Notes: generated from the sequence alone by a model not told the origin. DNA of 54,848 nucleotides from an uncultured Gammaproteobacteria bacterium (GCA_929200405.1 CAKMZF010000002.1:1-54848), one strand, 5' to 3'. Shown: positions 30,976 to 40,791, counted from the stretch's first letter. Program-made: numbers and translations.

Positions 30976-31695
30976 ATGCGTGATCTTTCTCAAAAAAAGA
31001 CTATTTTTCAACAGATTAAAATTAAAATATTCCCTATCCTTGCGAAATTAATTTTATTTTGTCTAATCATCACGCTTTTAATAACACTACCACTGCGCTG
31101 GTTTAACCCACCTTACACCGCTTACGAATATCATGCGAATCTCAGTGGCGATAATTATCAAAATTTGCAGCAGACGTGGGTCGCTTTTTCCGCCATGCCT
31201 GCCAAGCTACCTTTAGCGGTAATGGCTGGTGAAGATCAACGATTTATAGCCCATAGCGGCATTGATGTTACAGAAGTTCGAAATGCCATTCGAGACTACA
31301 GACAAGGCTCAAATTTAAGAGGGGCAAGCACATTAACCCAGCAACTTGCTAAGAATATATATCTCTGGCCCGGCCGTTCAGTTACCAGAAAAGGCATTGA
31401 AGCATGGTTAGCGCTAGCACTGGAAGTTGTATTACCCAAAAAGCGAATTCTAGAATTATACCTCAACACAGCCCAATTTTCTCGCGCTTATTTTGGCGCC
31501 GAAGCCAGTAGTCAGTATCTATTCAAACAGAGTCTGCATACTATATCTGATGAGCAAGCAGCCTTCTTAGCTGCTTGTTTACCAGCTCCGGCAGCATGTC
31601 GCCCAAACAATCAATCTGCCGCTCACAAAAAACGTCAAGCTTTTATTTTAAAACACATGCCTTTACTGAAAAAACAGTTCACACTATTACTATAG
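30976..31695 (+). CDS. mtgA: Monofunctional biosynthetic peptidoglycan transglycosylase
   Basis: 239 aa with an N-terminal TM anchor and the GT51 motifs AGEDQRF..H.GID and RGASTLTQQLAKN. Confidence 0.92.
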   Translation: MRDLSQKKTIFQQIKIKIFPILAKLILFCLIITLLITLPLRWFNPPYTAYEYHANLSGDNYQNLQQTWVAFSAMPAKLPLAVMAGEDQRFIAHSGIDVTEVRNAIRDYRQGSNLRGASTLTQQLAKNIYLWPGRSVTRKGIEAWLALALEVVLPKKRILELYLNTAQFSRAYFGAEASSQYLFKQSLHTISDEQAAFLAACLPAPAACRPNNQSAAHKKRQAFILKHMPLLKKQFTLLL

Positions 31696-31705
31696 GACAC
31701 GATAA

Positions 31706-32233
31706 ATGCAGTCTTCTGTACTCACTAATCTGCTTTCAAAAACTCGAGCTATTGATTTACTCATTGCCGCAACTTGCTTTGCCCTATTAATTGCCGCCAT
31801 AATTATGGAGTATCAGTTTAATATGGAACCATGCAAGCTCTGCATATTTCAGCGCATTGCTTTTGTACTGATTGCTGTCACCGCCTTAATTTCTGCTATT
31901 CACAATAGCCAAAAAATTGGTCGTAAAATCTACGGCATACTGATATTTATCAGCGCTGCCTTAGGTGCAGCATTATCAATGAGACATATCTATTTACAGA
32001 ACTTACCCAAGGATCAAGTCCCCGACTGCGGACCAGCCTTAGACTACATGATGCAGATTTTGCCGATTGGTCAGGTAATTAGAGATGTTCTACAAGGCTC
32101 TGGCGATTGCGCTGAAGTCAGTTGGCAGTTTTTATCACTAACGATACCTGAGTGGACTCTACTAGCATTTGTAGGCTTGGGATTATTGGGCTTAATAAGC
32201 CATTGGATCAAGCCCAAAATATTGCAGCAATAA
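31706..32233 (+). CDS. dsbB: Disulfide bond formation protein B
   Basis: 175 aa with four TM segments. The CKLC redox pair sits in the first periplasmic loop and a second Cys pair (PDCG...GDC) in the second loop. Confidence 0.9.
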   Translation: MQSSVLTNLLSKTRAIDLLIAATCFALLIAAIIMEYQFNMEPCKLCIFQRIAFVLIAVTALISAIHNSQKIGRKIYGILIFISAALGAALSMRHIYLQNLPKDQVPDCGPALDYMMQILPIGQVIRDVLQGSGDCAEVSWQFLSLTIPEWTLLAFVGLGLLGLISHWIKPKILQQ

Positions 32234-32247
32234 AAGTCGAAATTACG

Positions 32248-33537
32248 CTAGAGCTTTGCCATTTCAGCAAAGACTGACGCAGCCACTTCTACAGTGCGCT
32301 TAATTTCGGCCTCAGAATGCGCCGCTGACATAAACCCCGCCTCGAATGCCGACGGCGCTAAATAAACACCACCTCTTAACATGCCATGGAAAAATTGCCT
32401 GAATCTCTCACCGTCACAGGCAGTGGCATCCGCAAAAGATTTTATATTCTCTTGGTTTGTAAAATAAATTCCAAACATGCCACCGATATAATCCACGGTA
32501 AAGTCTATATCAGCTGTTTTTGCCGCAGCAAGCAAGCCTTCACACAAAGCCCGACAGCTCGCTTCCAGACTGTCATGGAAGCCTTCTACTGATATCAGCT
32601 CCAAAGTCGTTAATCCTGCTACCATCGCAACAGGATTGCCTGACAAAGTGCCGGCTTGATAGACCGAACCTAATGGAGATAGCACTTCCATTATCTCTGC
32701 ACGACCACCAAAGGCACCAACAGGCATGCCGCCGCCAATAACCTTGCCCAAGGTAACCATATCGGCATCTATACCAAATTTTTGCTGGCATCCACCTAAA
32801 GCCGTGCGAAAACCTGTCATCACCTCATCAAATATCAACACTATGCCGTGCTCGGTACAAAGCTCTCTAAGCTTCTCTAAAAAAGCCTGTTCTGGTTTCA
32901 CGAGATTCATATTTCCGGCAACTGGCTCTATGATTACACAAGCCACCTCACTACCAATGGACTGTAAAGTCTGCTCCAAACCTTCGATATCATTAAATTG
33001 CAAGGTCAGTGTATCTTTAACACAATCCTCTGGTACGCCAGCTGAAGACGGCGTGCCCATCGTTAAAAGTCCCGAACCTGCTTTGACCAACAAAGCATCA
33101 GAATGACCATGATAACAACCTTCAAATTTGACGATTTTATCTCGACCAGTAAAGCCACGAGCAACTCGAATAGCGCTCATGGTTGCCTCTGTTCCAGAAC
33201 TACAGAAACGCACCCTGTCCATATTAGGCACGATGTCACAGACTTTTTTAGCCAATAATGTTTCTATCTGGGTCGGCGCACCAAAGCTGAGACCTGAAGC
33301 AGCTGTTTCTTGTACCGCCGCGATCACTTCAGGATGAGCATGACCCAATATCATTGGCCCCCACGAGCCGACATAGTCGATATAACTGTTGCCGTCGACG
33401 TCGGTAACGTAAGCGCCTTTGGCACTTTGAAAAAAAACAGGGTCTCCACCGACACTTTTAAAAGCACGAACGGGCGAATTTACGCCACCTGGTATATACT
33501 GTTGGGCATCTTGAAAATACTGGACTGAAAGGCTCAT
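32248..33537 (-). CDS. hemL: Glutamate-1-semialdehyde 2,1-aminomutase
   Basis: 429 aa class-III aminotransferase with [12 protein letters not shown] and the PLP-lysine region [18 protein letters not shown]. Confidence 0.95.
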   Translation of the reverse strand: MSLSVQYFQDAQQYIPGGVNSPVRAFKSVGGDPVFFQSAKGAYVTDVDGNSYIDYVGSWGPMILGHAHPEVIAAVQETAASGLSFGAPTQIETLLAKKVCDIVPNMDRVRFCSSGTEATMSAIRVARGFTGRDKIVKFEGCYHGHSDALLVKAGSGLLTMGTPSSAGVPEDCVKDTLTLQFNDIEGLEQTLQSIGSEVACVIIEPVAGNMNLVKPEQAFLEKLRELCTEHGIVLIFDEVMTGFRTALGGCQQKFGIDADMVTLGKVIGGGMPVGAFGGRAEIMEVLSPLGSVYQAGTLSGNPVAMVAGLTTLELISVEGFHDSLEASCRALCEGLLAAAKTADIDFTVDYIGGMFGIYFTNQENIKSFADATACDGERFRQFFHGMLRGGVYLAPSAFEAGFMSAAHSEAEIKRTVEVAASVFAEMAKL

Positions 33538-33683
33538 AGACTTCCTCGTTAAATCTTATTTAATGTATAAAACGAGATTGTACAGCAGCCACTCAAAACA
33601 AAAAGGGTCAAAGCATATCGATATTGCCCTGATACCAGCTATTCAAGATAAATAGCAAAATCTCAGAGATAATCGAGCAATTT

Positions 33684-35039
33684 ATGGACGCATCCCTAGA
33701 AGAAAAACCAGATTTATTAGTCGACATTCTTAATGCCATCGAGCTTGAGGATTTTGTTGATATCGCGGAAAAGTTAGACCAAGAGCATCAGTCTGACATT
33801 GCCACATTACTGCAATCCATTCCGCAAAAATCTCGACTAGATATCTGGACAGATATACTTCCTGATCGGAAAGGGCTAGTGCTGGTGGAAATGAATGAAG
33901 ATGCCGCAAAAGCACTTCTAGAGGAAACCAGCGCCGATGATTTAATTATCGGACTCTCTGAGCTAGATGCTGATGAGCAAGCATATTTACTCTCTATCAC
34001 CCCAGATGAGACTGTGCCGCAAGTGCTCACCAGTATGGACCAGCAACAACGGGCATTGCTTGAACAATCGCTATCCTACCCTGAAGATCAAGCTGGTCGC
34101 ATCATGGATACTGATTTTTTAACGGTCAGACCACAAGTTACCGCAGATGCTGTATTGCGATTCCTGCGCCGCCATGATGAGATTCCAGAACACACCGATT
34201 TAATCATGGTAGTCGATGTACGTTACAAACTCATTGGCGTACTTCCCATCCGAACGCTGTTAGTTGCCCAGCCTTCCACTATCGTTTTTGACATAATGGA
34301 CGATGAGTATGCCGTAGTGTCAGATATCGATGCCCTAGATGATGTCGCCAAATTGATTGAAGGCCACGATCTTATCTCAGTTCCTGTTATTAACGAAGAA
34401 AACAAGTTAGTTGGCCGCATCACGGTCGATGACATCGTCGACCACATTAAAGAAAGTGCCGATAAAAAATTAATGAGCTTAGCCGGACTAGATGAAGACG
34501 ATGACCTTTTTGAACCAGTCCGCCCTAGTGTTTTAAGCCGACTACCTTGGCTAGCAATCAACCTATGCTCAGCACTTATCTCCGCGACCGTTATTAGTCA
34601 ATTTAGCCCCACACTGGAACAAATTGTAGCTCTCGCTATTCTAATGCCTGTGGTCGCCAGCATGGGTGGCATAGCTGGCAGCCAGACCATGACTTTAGCC
34701 ATTCGCGGCATTGCGCTTGGTCACTTGCAAAACAGCAATGCAAAACTGCTAATTAACAAAGAGCTAGCCGTTGGCATGGCAAATGGACTTATGTGGTCCA
34801 TCATTATCGGCATCATCAGTTATTTGTGGTTTAATCAAATCAAACTTGGCATAGTCATTGCCGCTGCCATTTTCATTAATATGACCATAGCAGGGCTTGC
34901 AGGCAGTATTATTCCATTAATGCTAAATCGCTTTAATATAGACCCAGCATTAGCAGCACCAATGTTTCTAACCACTGTCACCGATGTCATTGGCTTTTTA
35001 ACGTTTCTTGGTCTGGCAACCGCTTTTTTACTCACTTAA
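33684..35039 (+). CDS. mgtE: Magnesium transporter MgtE
   Basis: 451 aa with an acidic N-domain, tandem CBS domains and a 5-TM C-terminal domain containing the PMFLTTVTDVIGF motif. Confidence 0.93.
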   Translation: MDASLEEKPDLLVDILNAIELEDFVDIAEKLDQEHQSDIATLLQSIPQKSRLDIWTDILPDRKGLVLVEMNEDAAKALLEETSADDLIIGLSELDADEQAYLLSITPDETVPQVLTSMDQQQRALLEQSLSYPEDQAGRIMDTDFLTVRPQVTADAVLRFLRRHDEIPEHTDLIMVVDVRYKLIGVLPIRTLLVAQPSTIVFDIMDDEYAVVSDIDALDDVAKLIEGHDLISVPVINEENKLVGRITVDDIVDHIKESADKKLMSLAGLDEDDDLFEPVRPSVLSRLPWLAINLCSALISATVISQFSPTLEQIVALAILMPVVASMGGIAGSQTMTLAIRGIALGHLQNSNAKLLINKELAVGMANGLMWSIIIGIISYLWFNQIKLGIVIAAAIFINMTIAGLAGSIIPLMLNRFNIDPALAAPMFLTTVTDVIGFLTFLGLATAFLLT

Positions 35040-35417
35040 TTGTACTAAATGCTGTAAATGAATATAGATGATGAAATCATTTATCAGTACTTTTAGCAGT
35101 TATATTTCTCAACCTTCTTTCTGCTACCGCCATTACTAAAAACAGCACAATATCTTAGATGACAACAAAAGCCATCACCGCTACAGAATATCCCAGTTAT
35201 TGCTCAACATTAACCGAACCTGGAATACTACACATCGCCCATCACCCTCCCGAAAAATCACAGAACACCTCAACGAAAGTAGCTAGTGCAAGACCAGCTA
35301 TTGAAAAAAGTATGACGCCATCATACAAGAGGCGACTTTTTATTTTTAATAGGATAGACTTCATCCCGATTTTAGAGGACCTTGAACCATCTTATTTATT
35401 ATATTTTTGAGGATTTT

Positions 35418-35600
35418 ATGACTGAAGAAAGACTTTACCAGACTTGGATGTGTGTTATTTGTGGCTGGATTTATGATGAAGAAACCGGTGCTCCAGACGA
35501 AGGTTTGCCAGCAGGCACTCGCTGGGAAGATGTGCCACTGACTTGGATTTGTCCTGAGTGTGATGCTACCAAAGAAGATTTTGAGATGATAGAAATCTAA
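35418..35600 (+). CDS. Rubredoxin
   Basis: 60 aa with two CxxC knuckles (CVICGWIYDE and CPECDATKEDF). GAGGA lies 4 nt upstream of the ATG at 35418. Confidence 0.9.
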   Translation: MTEERLYQTWMCVICGWIYDEETGAPDEGLPAGTRWEDVPLTWICPECDATKEDFEMIEI

Positions 35601-35618
35601 ACGATTTGCTTTATGAGT

Positions 35619-35643
35619 GAAGGCTGCTATCAGAGCAGCTTTC
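35619..35643. terminator. Hairpin between the convergent rubredoxin and fis genes (possible bidirectional terminator)
   Basis: GAAGGCTGCT-ATCAG-AGCAGCTTTC forms a 10-bp stem with one G-T pair. There is no clear U-tract on either strand. Confidence 0.4.
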
Positions 35644-35745
35644 TAACCAAGCACTTACAACACCACAGACATTAGAATTTCAATAACCTAGCATATTGAA
35701 AAAGCACACTGAGCAAGCGCTCATATAGCAAACAAATAACCTTGC

Positions 35746-36168
35746 CTATTTTGCTTTCGGCTTTGGTTTTTTTACAGGTTTATGTTGATTAGGGTCTATA
35801 TCATAACGATCTAGCTTTTTGCTCAACGTCCCTCGATCAATACCCAAAACATTTGAGGCTTTAGTAATTTTTCCTTCAGCATAATGCATCACCACTTCTA
35901 ACAGTGCAGGCTCCACTTGCTTCATAACCAATTGATAAAGGTGCGAGGGAGGCTCACCCTCTAACGCTGCAAAATAAGACTCAATGGTCTGCTTAACCAA
36001 AACATTTAGAGGCTTACCATTGTCTATTTTTTCTTTAACCGATGGCTCCTCTGAAGTCCTTTCTTTTATAGCACTTGCCTGATTATCAGCTTCGTTTGCA
36101 GTAGTGGATTTTGTTGCATCTATTGACACTTCGGATGCAGTTTCTGTAGTATTTGTAGGCTTGCTCAT
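35746..36168 (-). CDS. fis: Fis-family nucleoid-associated DNA-binding protein with N- and C-terminal extensions
   Basis: 140 aa. The core VKQTIESYFAALEG....LYQLVMKQVEPALLEVVMHYAEGKITKASNVLGIDRGTLSKKL aligns with E. coli Fis helices A-D as I recall them. It lies directly downstream of dusB, as in other gammaproteobacteria. Confidence 0.88.
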   Translation of the reverse strand: MSKPTNTTETASEVSIDATKSTTANEADNQASAIKERTSEEPSVKEKIDNGKPLNVLVKQTIESYFAALEGEPPSHLYQLVMKQVEPALLEVVMHYAEGKITKASNVLGIDRGTLSKKLDRYDIDPNQHKPVKKPKPKAK

Positions 36169-36225
36169 GAACTTTTCATCGTAAAAAACATAATTATTCT
36201 TATAAATCTCAATTCGGCAGTTGTC

Positions 36226-37230
36226 TTAAACTAGCTCTTTTATTTGATTGAAAAACGCTCTTATTTCCGTGAGCTGTTGCTGCGAGCTTTCTTGCCGACA
36301 AACAGTATGCCAGAAATTTTTACTAAATTCATCTATTTTCAATCGTTTAGAATTTTTCTCCAAATACCATCGCAGATGCTTTCTCGCCATTCTCACTCCC
36401 AATGGCTCACCATAAAAACCATGTATTTTACTTAAATGCGCAATGATAATTTCCTCTAATTCAGCAACATTCGGCGCTGCATACTCTATACCTTGCATTT
36501 CCGCGGAAATTTGTGCAAATATCCATGGTTGCCCATGCGCACCTCTACCAATCATTAGACCATCAACCCCTGTCATTTCTAAAACTGCTTTGGCTTTTCC
36601 CGCAGTGCATATATCACCATTCGCAACAATCGGCAGCGAAGATTTTGCCTTAACAGCACGAATTGTTTCAAACTCTGCTTCACCATTATACAAGCAAGCT
36701 CTGGTTCTGCCATGAATAGCAATCATCTGTATACCCGCATCCTCTGCAATGCTGGCAATACTAGCTGCATTTCGATTTTCCGTATCCCAGCCAGTGCGCA
36801 TTTTAAGCGTTACTGGGACCGTTACGGCTGCAACCACTTGGTTCAAAATCTTACTAACCAGCGGCTCGTTCTGCATAAGCGCCGAACCAGAAGCCACATT
36901 ACAAACTTTCTTGGCTGGACATCCCATATTGATATCAATGACATCAGCACCATTCTCAACATTTTTTTGCGCAGCATTCGCTAGCATTTCAGGATCATAA
37001 CCCACTATTTGTACAGTATTTACGGCAGCTTGATTATCTAATATTCGCCGAAAACTGCTTTTTGCAGTGTTTTCTAAGTCCGGTTTGCTTGCCAACATCT
37101 CGGACACAGTATAGCCCGCGCCAAACTGCCGACATATTTGTCGAAATGGCAAATCGGTAATTCCCGCCATAGGAGCCAGCATCAGTGGATTTTCAATCCG
37201 ATGAGTGCCTAATTGAATCGCTTTTAGCAT
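36226..37230 (-). CDS. dusB: tRNA-dihydrouridine synthase B
   Basis: 334 aa FMN TIM-barrel with LAPMAGITD, DINMGCP and IHGRTR motifs. Confidence 0.93.
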   Translation of the reverse strand: MLKAIQLGTHRIENPLMLAPMAGITDLPFRQICRQFGAGYTVSEMLASKPDLENTAKSSFRRILDNQAAVNTVQIVGYDPEMLANAAQKNVENGADVIDINMGCPAKKVCNVASGSALMQNEPLVSKILNQVVAAVTVPVTLKMRTGWDTENRNAASIASIAEDAGIQMIAIHGRTRACLYNGEAEFETIRAVKAKSSLPIVANGDICTAGKAKAVLEMTGVDGLMIGRGAHGQPWIFAQISAEMQGIEYAAPNVAELEEIIIAHLSKIHGFYGEPLGVRMARKHLRWYLEKNSKRLKIDEFSKNFWHTVCRQESSQQQLTEIRAFFNQIKELV

Positions 37231-37412
37231 AATTTACGCTATACTTAGTTTTATATTAAAAAAAGCCTATTATAAAGCATTCAGCCGATAGCTGAGCGCT
37301 TATAAGCAAAAGCTCAAGCGTTTAACTGCTGTAAATATTATCTTTGCAAGAAACATACCAAGATATATTTAGCGCCTAAACATTCTGCTAAATTCAAAAA
37401 ACCATAAGTTTT

Positions 37413-38240
37413 ATGACTGTAGACCAACATCAACTCCAAAAATATGCCACCGTTGCCAATGATTTAGCGGATATTGCCAGAACTACCGCAATGTCTTTTT
37501 TCAGAACAGCGGTGAGCATTGAGCTAAAATCGGATACCTCTCCCGTTACAGTCGCGGACAAGACTACCGAGCAGTTACTTCGACAAAAAATCGCATTGAC
37601 TTTCCCAGAGCACACGATTGTTGGTGAAGAGCTAGAGACCGCACTGGGCGCAGTCAATAACCCTTGGCGTTGGACATTCGACCCTATTGATGGCACTCGA
37701 GCGTTCATTACTGGGGTGCCACTGTTTGGCAGTTTGATTGCACTACAGCACAATGAAGAGATTGTACTAGGAATTATTGAGATGCCCGCGCTCAAGGAAC
37801 GCTTTGTCGCCTATAAAAAAAATGTTTCCACAACAAAATATATCAGCTATTTTATCTCCTCAGATAATAAGCAGCAGGAACTGAAAACTAGCAACATCTC
37901 ATCTTTGGAAGAAAGCCGCTTATTTGCCACTGACCCTGCAATGTTTGACGCTCAACAAAAATCCAGGTTTGATCGACTTGCCAACCAGTGTGCGGTTACC
38001 CGCTATGGCGCTGACTGCTATGCCTATGCGTTACTGGCTATTGGACATAATGAAATTGTTGCCGAAGCCGATATGAAACCTTATGATTACCGAGCATTAA
38101 TTGCGATTGTAGAGGCGGCTGGAGGTGTAATCACCGACTGGCAAGGCAATAGTTTAGCGAAGAATACTGACACCAGCACCGTTTTGGCAGCGGCTAATGC
38201 TGAGCTACACAAACAAGCTTTACAAAACTTAACCATCTAA
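37413..38240 (+). CDS. Inositol monophosphatase family protein (IMPase / histidinol-phosphatase-like)
   Basis: 275 aa with the metal-binding motifs IVGEE and WTFDPIDGTRAF and the C-terminal motif YGADCYAYALLA. Confidence 0.8.
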   Translation: MTVDQHQLQKYATVANDLADIARTTAMSFFRTAVSIELKSDTSPVTVADKTTEQLLRQKIALTFPEHTIVGEELETALGAVNNPWRWTFDPIDGTRAFITGVPLFGSLIALQHNEEIVLGIIEMPALKERFVAYKKNVSTTKYISYFISSDNKQQELKTSNISSLEESRLFATDPAMFDAQQKSRFDRLANQCAVTRYGADCYAYALLAIGHNEIVAEADMKPYDYRALIAIVEAAGGVITDWQGNSLAKNTDTSTVLAAANAELHKQALQNLTI

Positions 38241-38271
38241 TTTACCGATATTTTTTAACAACACTTCTCTT

Positions 38272-39315
38272 ATGAATATAGTTCGCTCTTGGTTTAAACG
38301 TTGGACTGAAAATCCAGAAACAGTTGTTTTGGTATTAATCCTGACTTTTGGCATGGGCATTATTCTATTCTTTGGCAATATGCTCACCCCTGTTCTTGCA
38401 GCACTGGTAATTGCCTATTTATTAGAAGGCATGGTTCAAAGCTTAGAGCGCTTTAAACTGTCTCGCCTTGTATCGGTTTTTATTGTTTTTATCGGATTTA
38501 TCTTCGCAGTAGTGTATTTATCAATCTGGATATTGCCAATATTATCTTCACAGATTATTCAGCTGGTTCGTGAGTTTCCCATTATCATTAATCAGGGGCA
38601 GGAACTCGTGCTCTGGCTCCCAGAACGCTACCCTAATGTTATCAGCCCAGAAATTGTTAATGATCTAATTACCTCCGTGCGCAGTGGGCTTGGACAATTC
38701 AGTCAAACTGTGGTCTCTTATGCAGGCCAACAGGTTATCAATGTCATCAATATCGTTGTTTATGCTATTTTGGTACCGATATTGATTTTCTTTTTCTTAA
38801 AAGACAAAGACATTTTGTTTAAATGGGTGCTAGATCTACTGCCAAACGATAGAGACCTTGCTGATTCCGTTGCTTTAGAAATTAATGAACAAATCGCCAA
38901 CTATGTGCGCGGAAAATCATGGGAAATCTTAATTGTCTGGATAGTCTCCTATGTGACGTTCTCCATATTTCAATTAGATTACGCTCTACTACTAAGCCTT
39001 ATTGTCGGCTTATCTGTTATTATCCCCTACATCGGTGCGACTGCGGTTACTATTCCAGTACTGCTAGTTGCCTACATTCAATGGGGCATAAGCTCAGAAT
39101 TTTGGTGGATAGCAGGTACTTATTTAGTTATTCAAATTCTAGATGGCAATGTACTAGTGCCTATTTTGTTCTCAGAAGTAATGAACCTACACCCCATCGC
39201 GATTATCTTAGCGTTACTAATGTTTGGCGGCATATGGGGCTTTTGGGGCGTTTTCTTCGCCATACCTTTGGCAACTGTAGTTCATGCAGTGCAAAGAGCT
39301 TGGCCTAAAAATTAG
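38272..39315 (+). CDS. AI-2E family transporter (PerM/YhhT-like permease)
   Basis: 347 aa with about 8 TM segments and the typical family layout, including GKSWEILIVW and LHPIAIILALLMFGGIWGFWGVFFAIP. Confidence 0.85.
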   Translation: MNIVRSWFKRWTENPETVVLVLILTFGMGIILFFGNMLTPVLAALVIAYLLEGMVQSLERFKLSRLVSVFIVFIGFIFAVVYLSIWILPILSSQIIQLVREFPIIINQGQELVLWLPERYPNVISPEIVNDLITSVRSGLGQFSQTVVSYAGQQVINVINIVVYAILVPILIFFFLKDKDILFKWVLDLLPNDRDLADSVALEINEQIANYVRGKSWEILIVWIVSYVTFSIFQLDYALLLSLIVGLSVIIPYIGATAVTIPVLLVAYIQWGISSEFWWIAGTYLVIQILDGNVLVPILFSEVMNLHPIAIILALLMFGGIWGFWGVFFAIPLATVVHAVQRAWPKN

Positions 39316-39387
39316 TTCCCAATACTGTACTACTTTAGTCAAGCCAAGACAAATCTAGTACCTCAGTGAAACAAGCGAGAAATCCTG

Positions 39388-40791
39388 CTACAAAGCCTCT
39401 GAGGCAAACTCTGCCAGCCGAGAGCGCTCACTTCTTTGCAGAGTAATATGTGCGGCATGTGGCCATTGTCTGAATCTATCCACCACATAAGTCAACCCGG
39501 AAGTGGTTTCTGTTAAATAAGGCGTATCTATCTGAGCAACATTACCCAGACAAACTATCTTGGTTCCAGGTCCCGCTCTGGTGATTAAGGTTGTCATCTG
39601 TTTACTGGTTAAGTTCTGCGCTTCATCAATAATTAAAAACTTCTTTTGAAAAGTTCGACCACGCATAAAGTTTAGTGAATGGATCTTAATTCTTTTGCCT
39701 ATCAAATCATTAGTCGCAGCTTTTTTCCAAGCAGACTGGCGTTCAGTTGCTGATTCACTACCACTAAGCACCTCAAGATTATCCATCAGCGCACCCATCC
39801 ACGGCGCCATTTTCTCTTCCTCGCTGCCTGGCAAAAATCCAATATCATCACCAACTGGAACGGTAATTCTAGTCATTATAATTTCATTGTATATAGGTGT
39901 ATCCAGAACCTGAGACAAGCCCGCCGCTAACGTCAACAGCGTTTTCCCTGTCCCTGCTGCCCCTAAAAGAGTCACTAAATCAATACTGGGATCTAGCAGC
40001 ATATTCATCGCGAAACTTTGTTCATTATTTTTTGCCTGCACACCCCAAACTTGCTTGGTACTATAATCAGTACATTTCTGTAATAAAGCCTTTCCATCAG
40101 CTATTTGTTTTACGAAATAGCCACTTTTATCTTCTTTAAGCTGAATTAGTTGATTTGGGAACCACCCCGCAACATGAGCACCCTCAACACTTAAAAAAGT
40201 ATGCCCCGCATCATTCCATGCCGCTACTTGATGTCCCTGCCAAGGGTTTTCACTACCAAACCAAATGCCGGAGTCTAAAAATTCACCATCCTCAAGCACC
40301 TTGTCATTAATATAATCTTCTGAGTTCAGTCCCTCAATCTTTGCTTTAATGCGTAAGTTGATATCTTTAGAAACCAACACTATCTGATAACTTTCCGTAT
40401 TTATCGGATGCGCTAACAACCCTTTTGCCACTGCAATAATTTGGTCATCAGCTAAACCTTGACGTTGCTCTGATGCCTGCACTTGAAAGAAGAGCCTCCC
40501 CTGTGGAGATTTCTCGGTTTTTACAACCGAAGGAATCGCCAACCCTACCATGATATCTTCAACCTGAGCATCTTGCATAATATCATTTAGAAATCGACTG
40601 GCCTGTCTGGCATTTCGAGAAACTTCTGACGAGCCTTTTTTACTGCGATCTAGCTCTTCAATCACCGCCATTGGTAAAAAAATATCATGCTCATGGAATC
40701 GAAATAACGCGGTTGGGTCATGCAGTAAAACATTCGTATCTAAAACAAATAATCGCTTATCAGCTACTTTATCGGAATTGTTTTTTGTCAT
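39388..40791 (-). CDS. PIN-domain plus PhoH-like ATPase fusion protein (YlaK/PhoH2 type)
   Basis: 467 aa. The N-terminal PIN region (LFVLDTNVLLHDP) is followed by a C-terminal PhoH P-loop with Walker A GAAGTGKT and Walker B FLIIDEAQN. Confidence 0.88.
   Translation of the reverse strand: MTKNNSDKVADKRLFVLDTNVLLHDPTALFRFHEHDIFLPMAVIEELDRSKKGSSEVSRNARQASRFLNDIMQDAQVEDIMVGLAIPSVVKTEKSPQGRLFFQVQASEQRQGLADDQIIAVAKGLLAHPINTESYQIVLVSKDINLRIKAKIEGLNSEDYINDKVLEDGEFLDSGIWFGSENPWQGHQVAAWNDAGHTFLSVEGAHVAGWFPNQLIQLKEDKSGYFVKQIADGKALLQKCTDYSTKQVWGVQAKNNEQSFAMNMLLDPSIDLVTLLGAAGTGKTLLTLAAGLSQVLDTPIYNEIIMTRITVPVGDDIGFLPGSEEEKMAPWMGALMDNLEVLSGSESATERQSAWKKAATNDLIGKRIKIHSLNFMRGRTFQKKFLIIDEAQNLTSKQMTTLITRAGPGTKIVCLGNVAQIDTPYLTETTSGLTYVVDRFRQWPHAAHITLQRSERSRLAEFASEAL

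Noticed and set aside
32386-33528. Series of plus-strand ORFs of 68-126 aa, plus a 72-aa minus-strand out-of-frame ORF (32573-32791).
   Set aside because: All overlap hemL: the plus-strand ones are antisense and the minus-strand one is in a different frame. Their translations are low-complexity and they are shadow ORFs.
33538-33683. Possible Mg2+-sensing (M-box) leader upstream of mgtE.
   Set aside because: The 146-bp spacer must also hold the divergent hemL promoter. It is shorter than a complete M-box aptamer plus expression platform, which I recall as somewhat longer, and it shows no multi-helix pairing.
35159-35410. 83-aa ORF in the mgtE-rubredoxin spacer.
   Set aside because: It has no SD and reads across the terminator-like elements at 35304-35347. 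Its composition is unlike neighbouring genes. The region is kept only as a non-coding curiosity in the findings.
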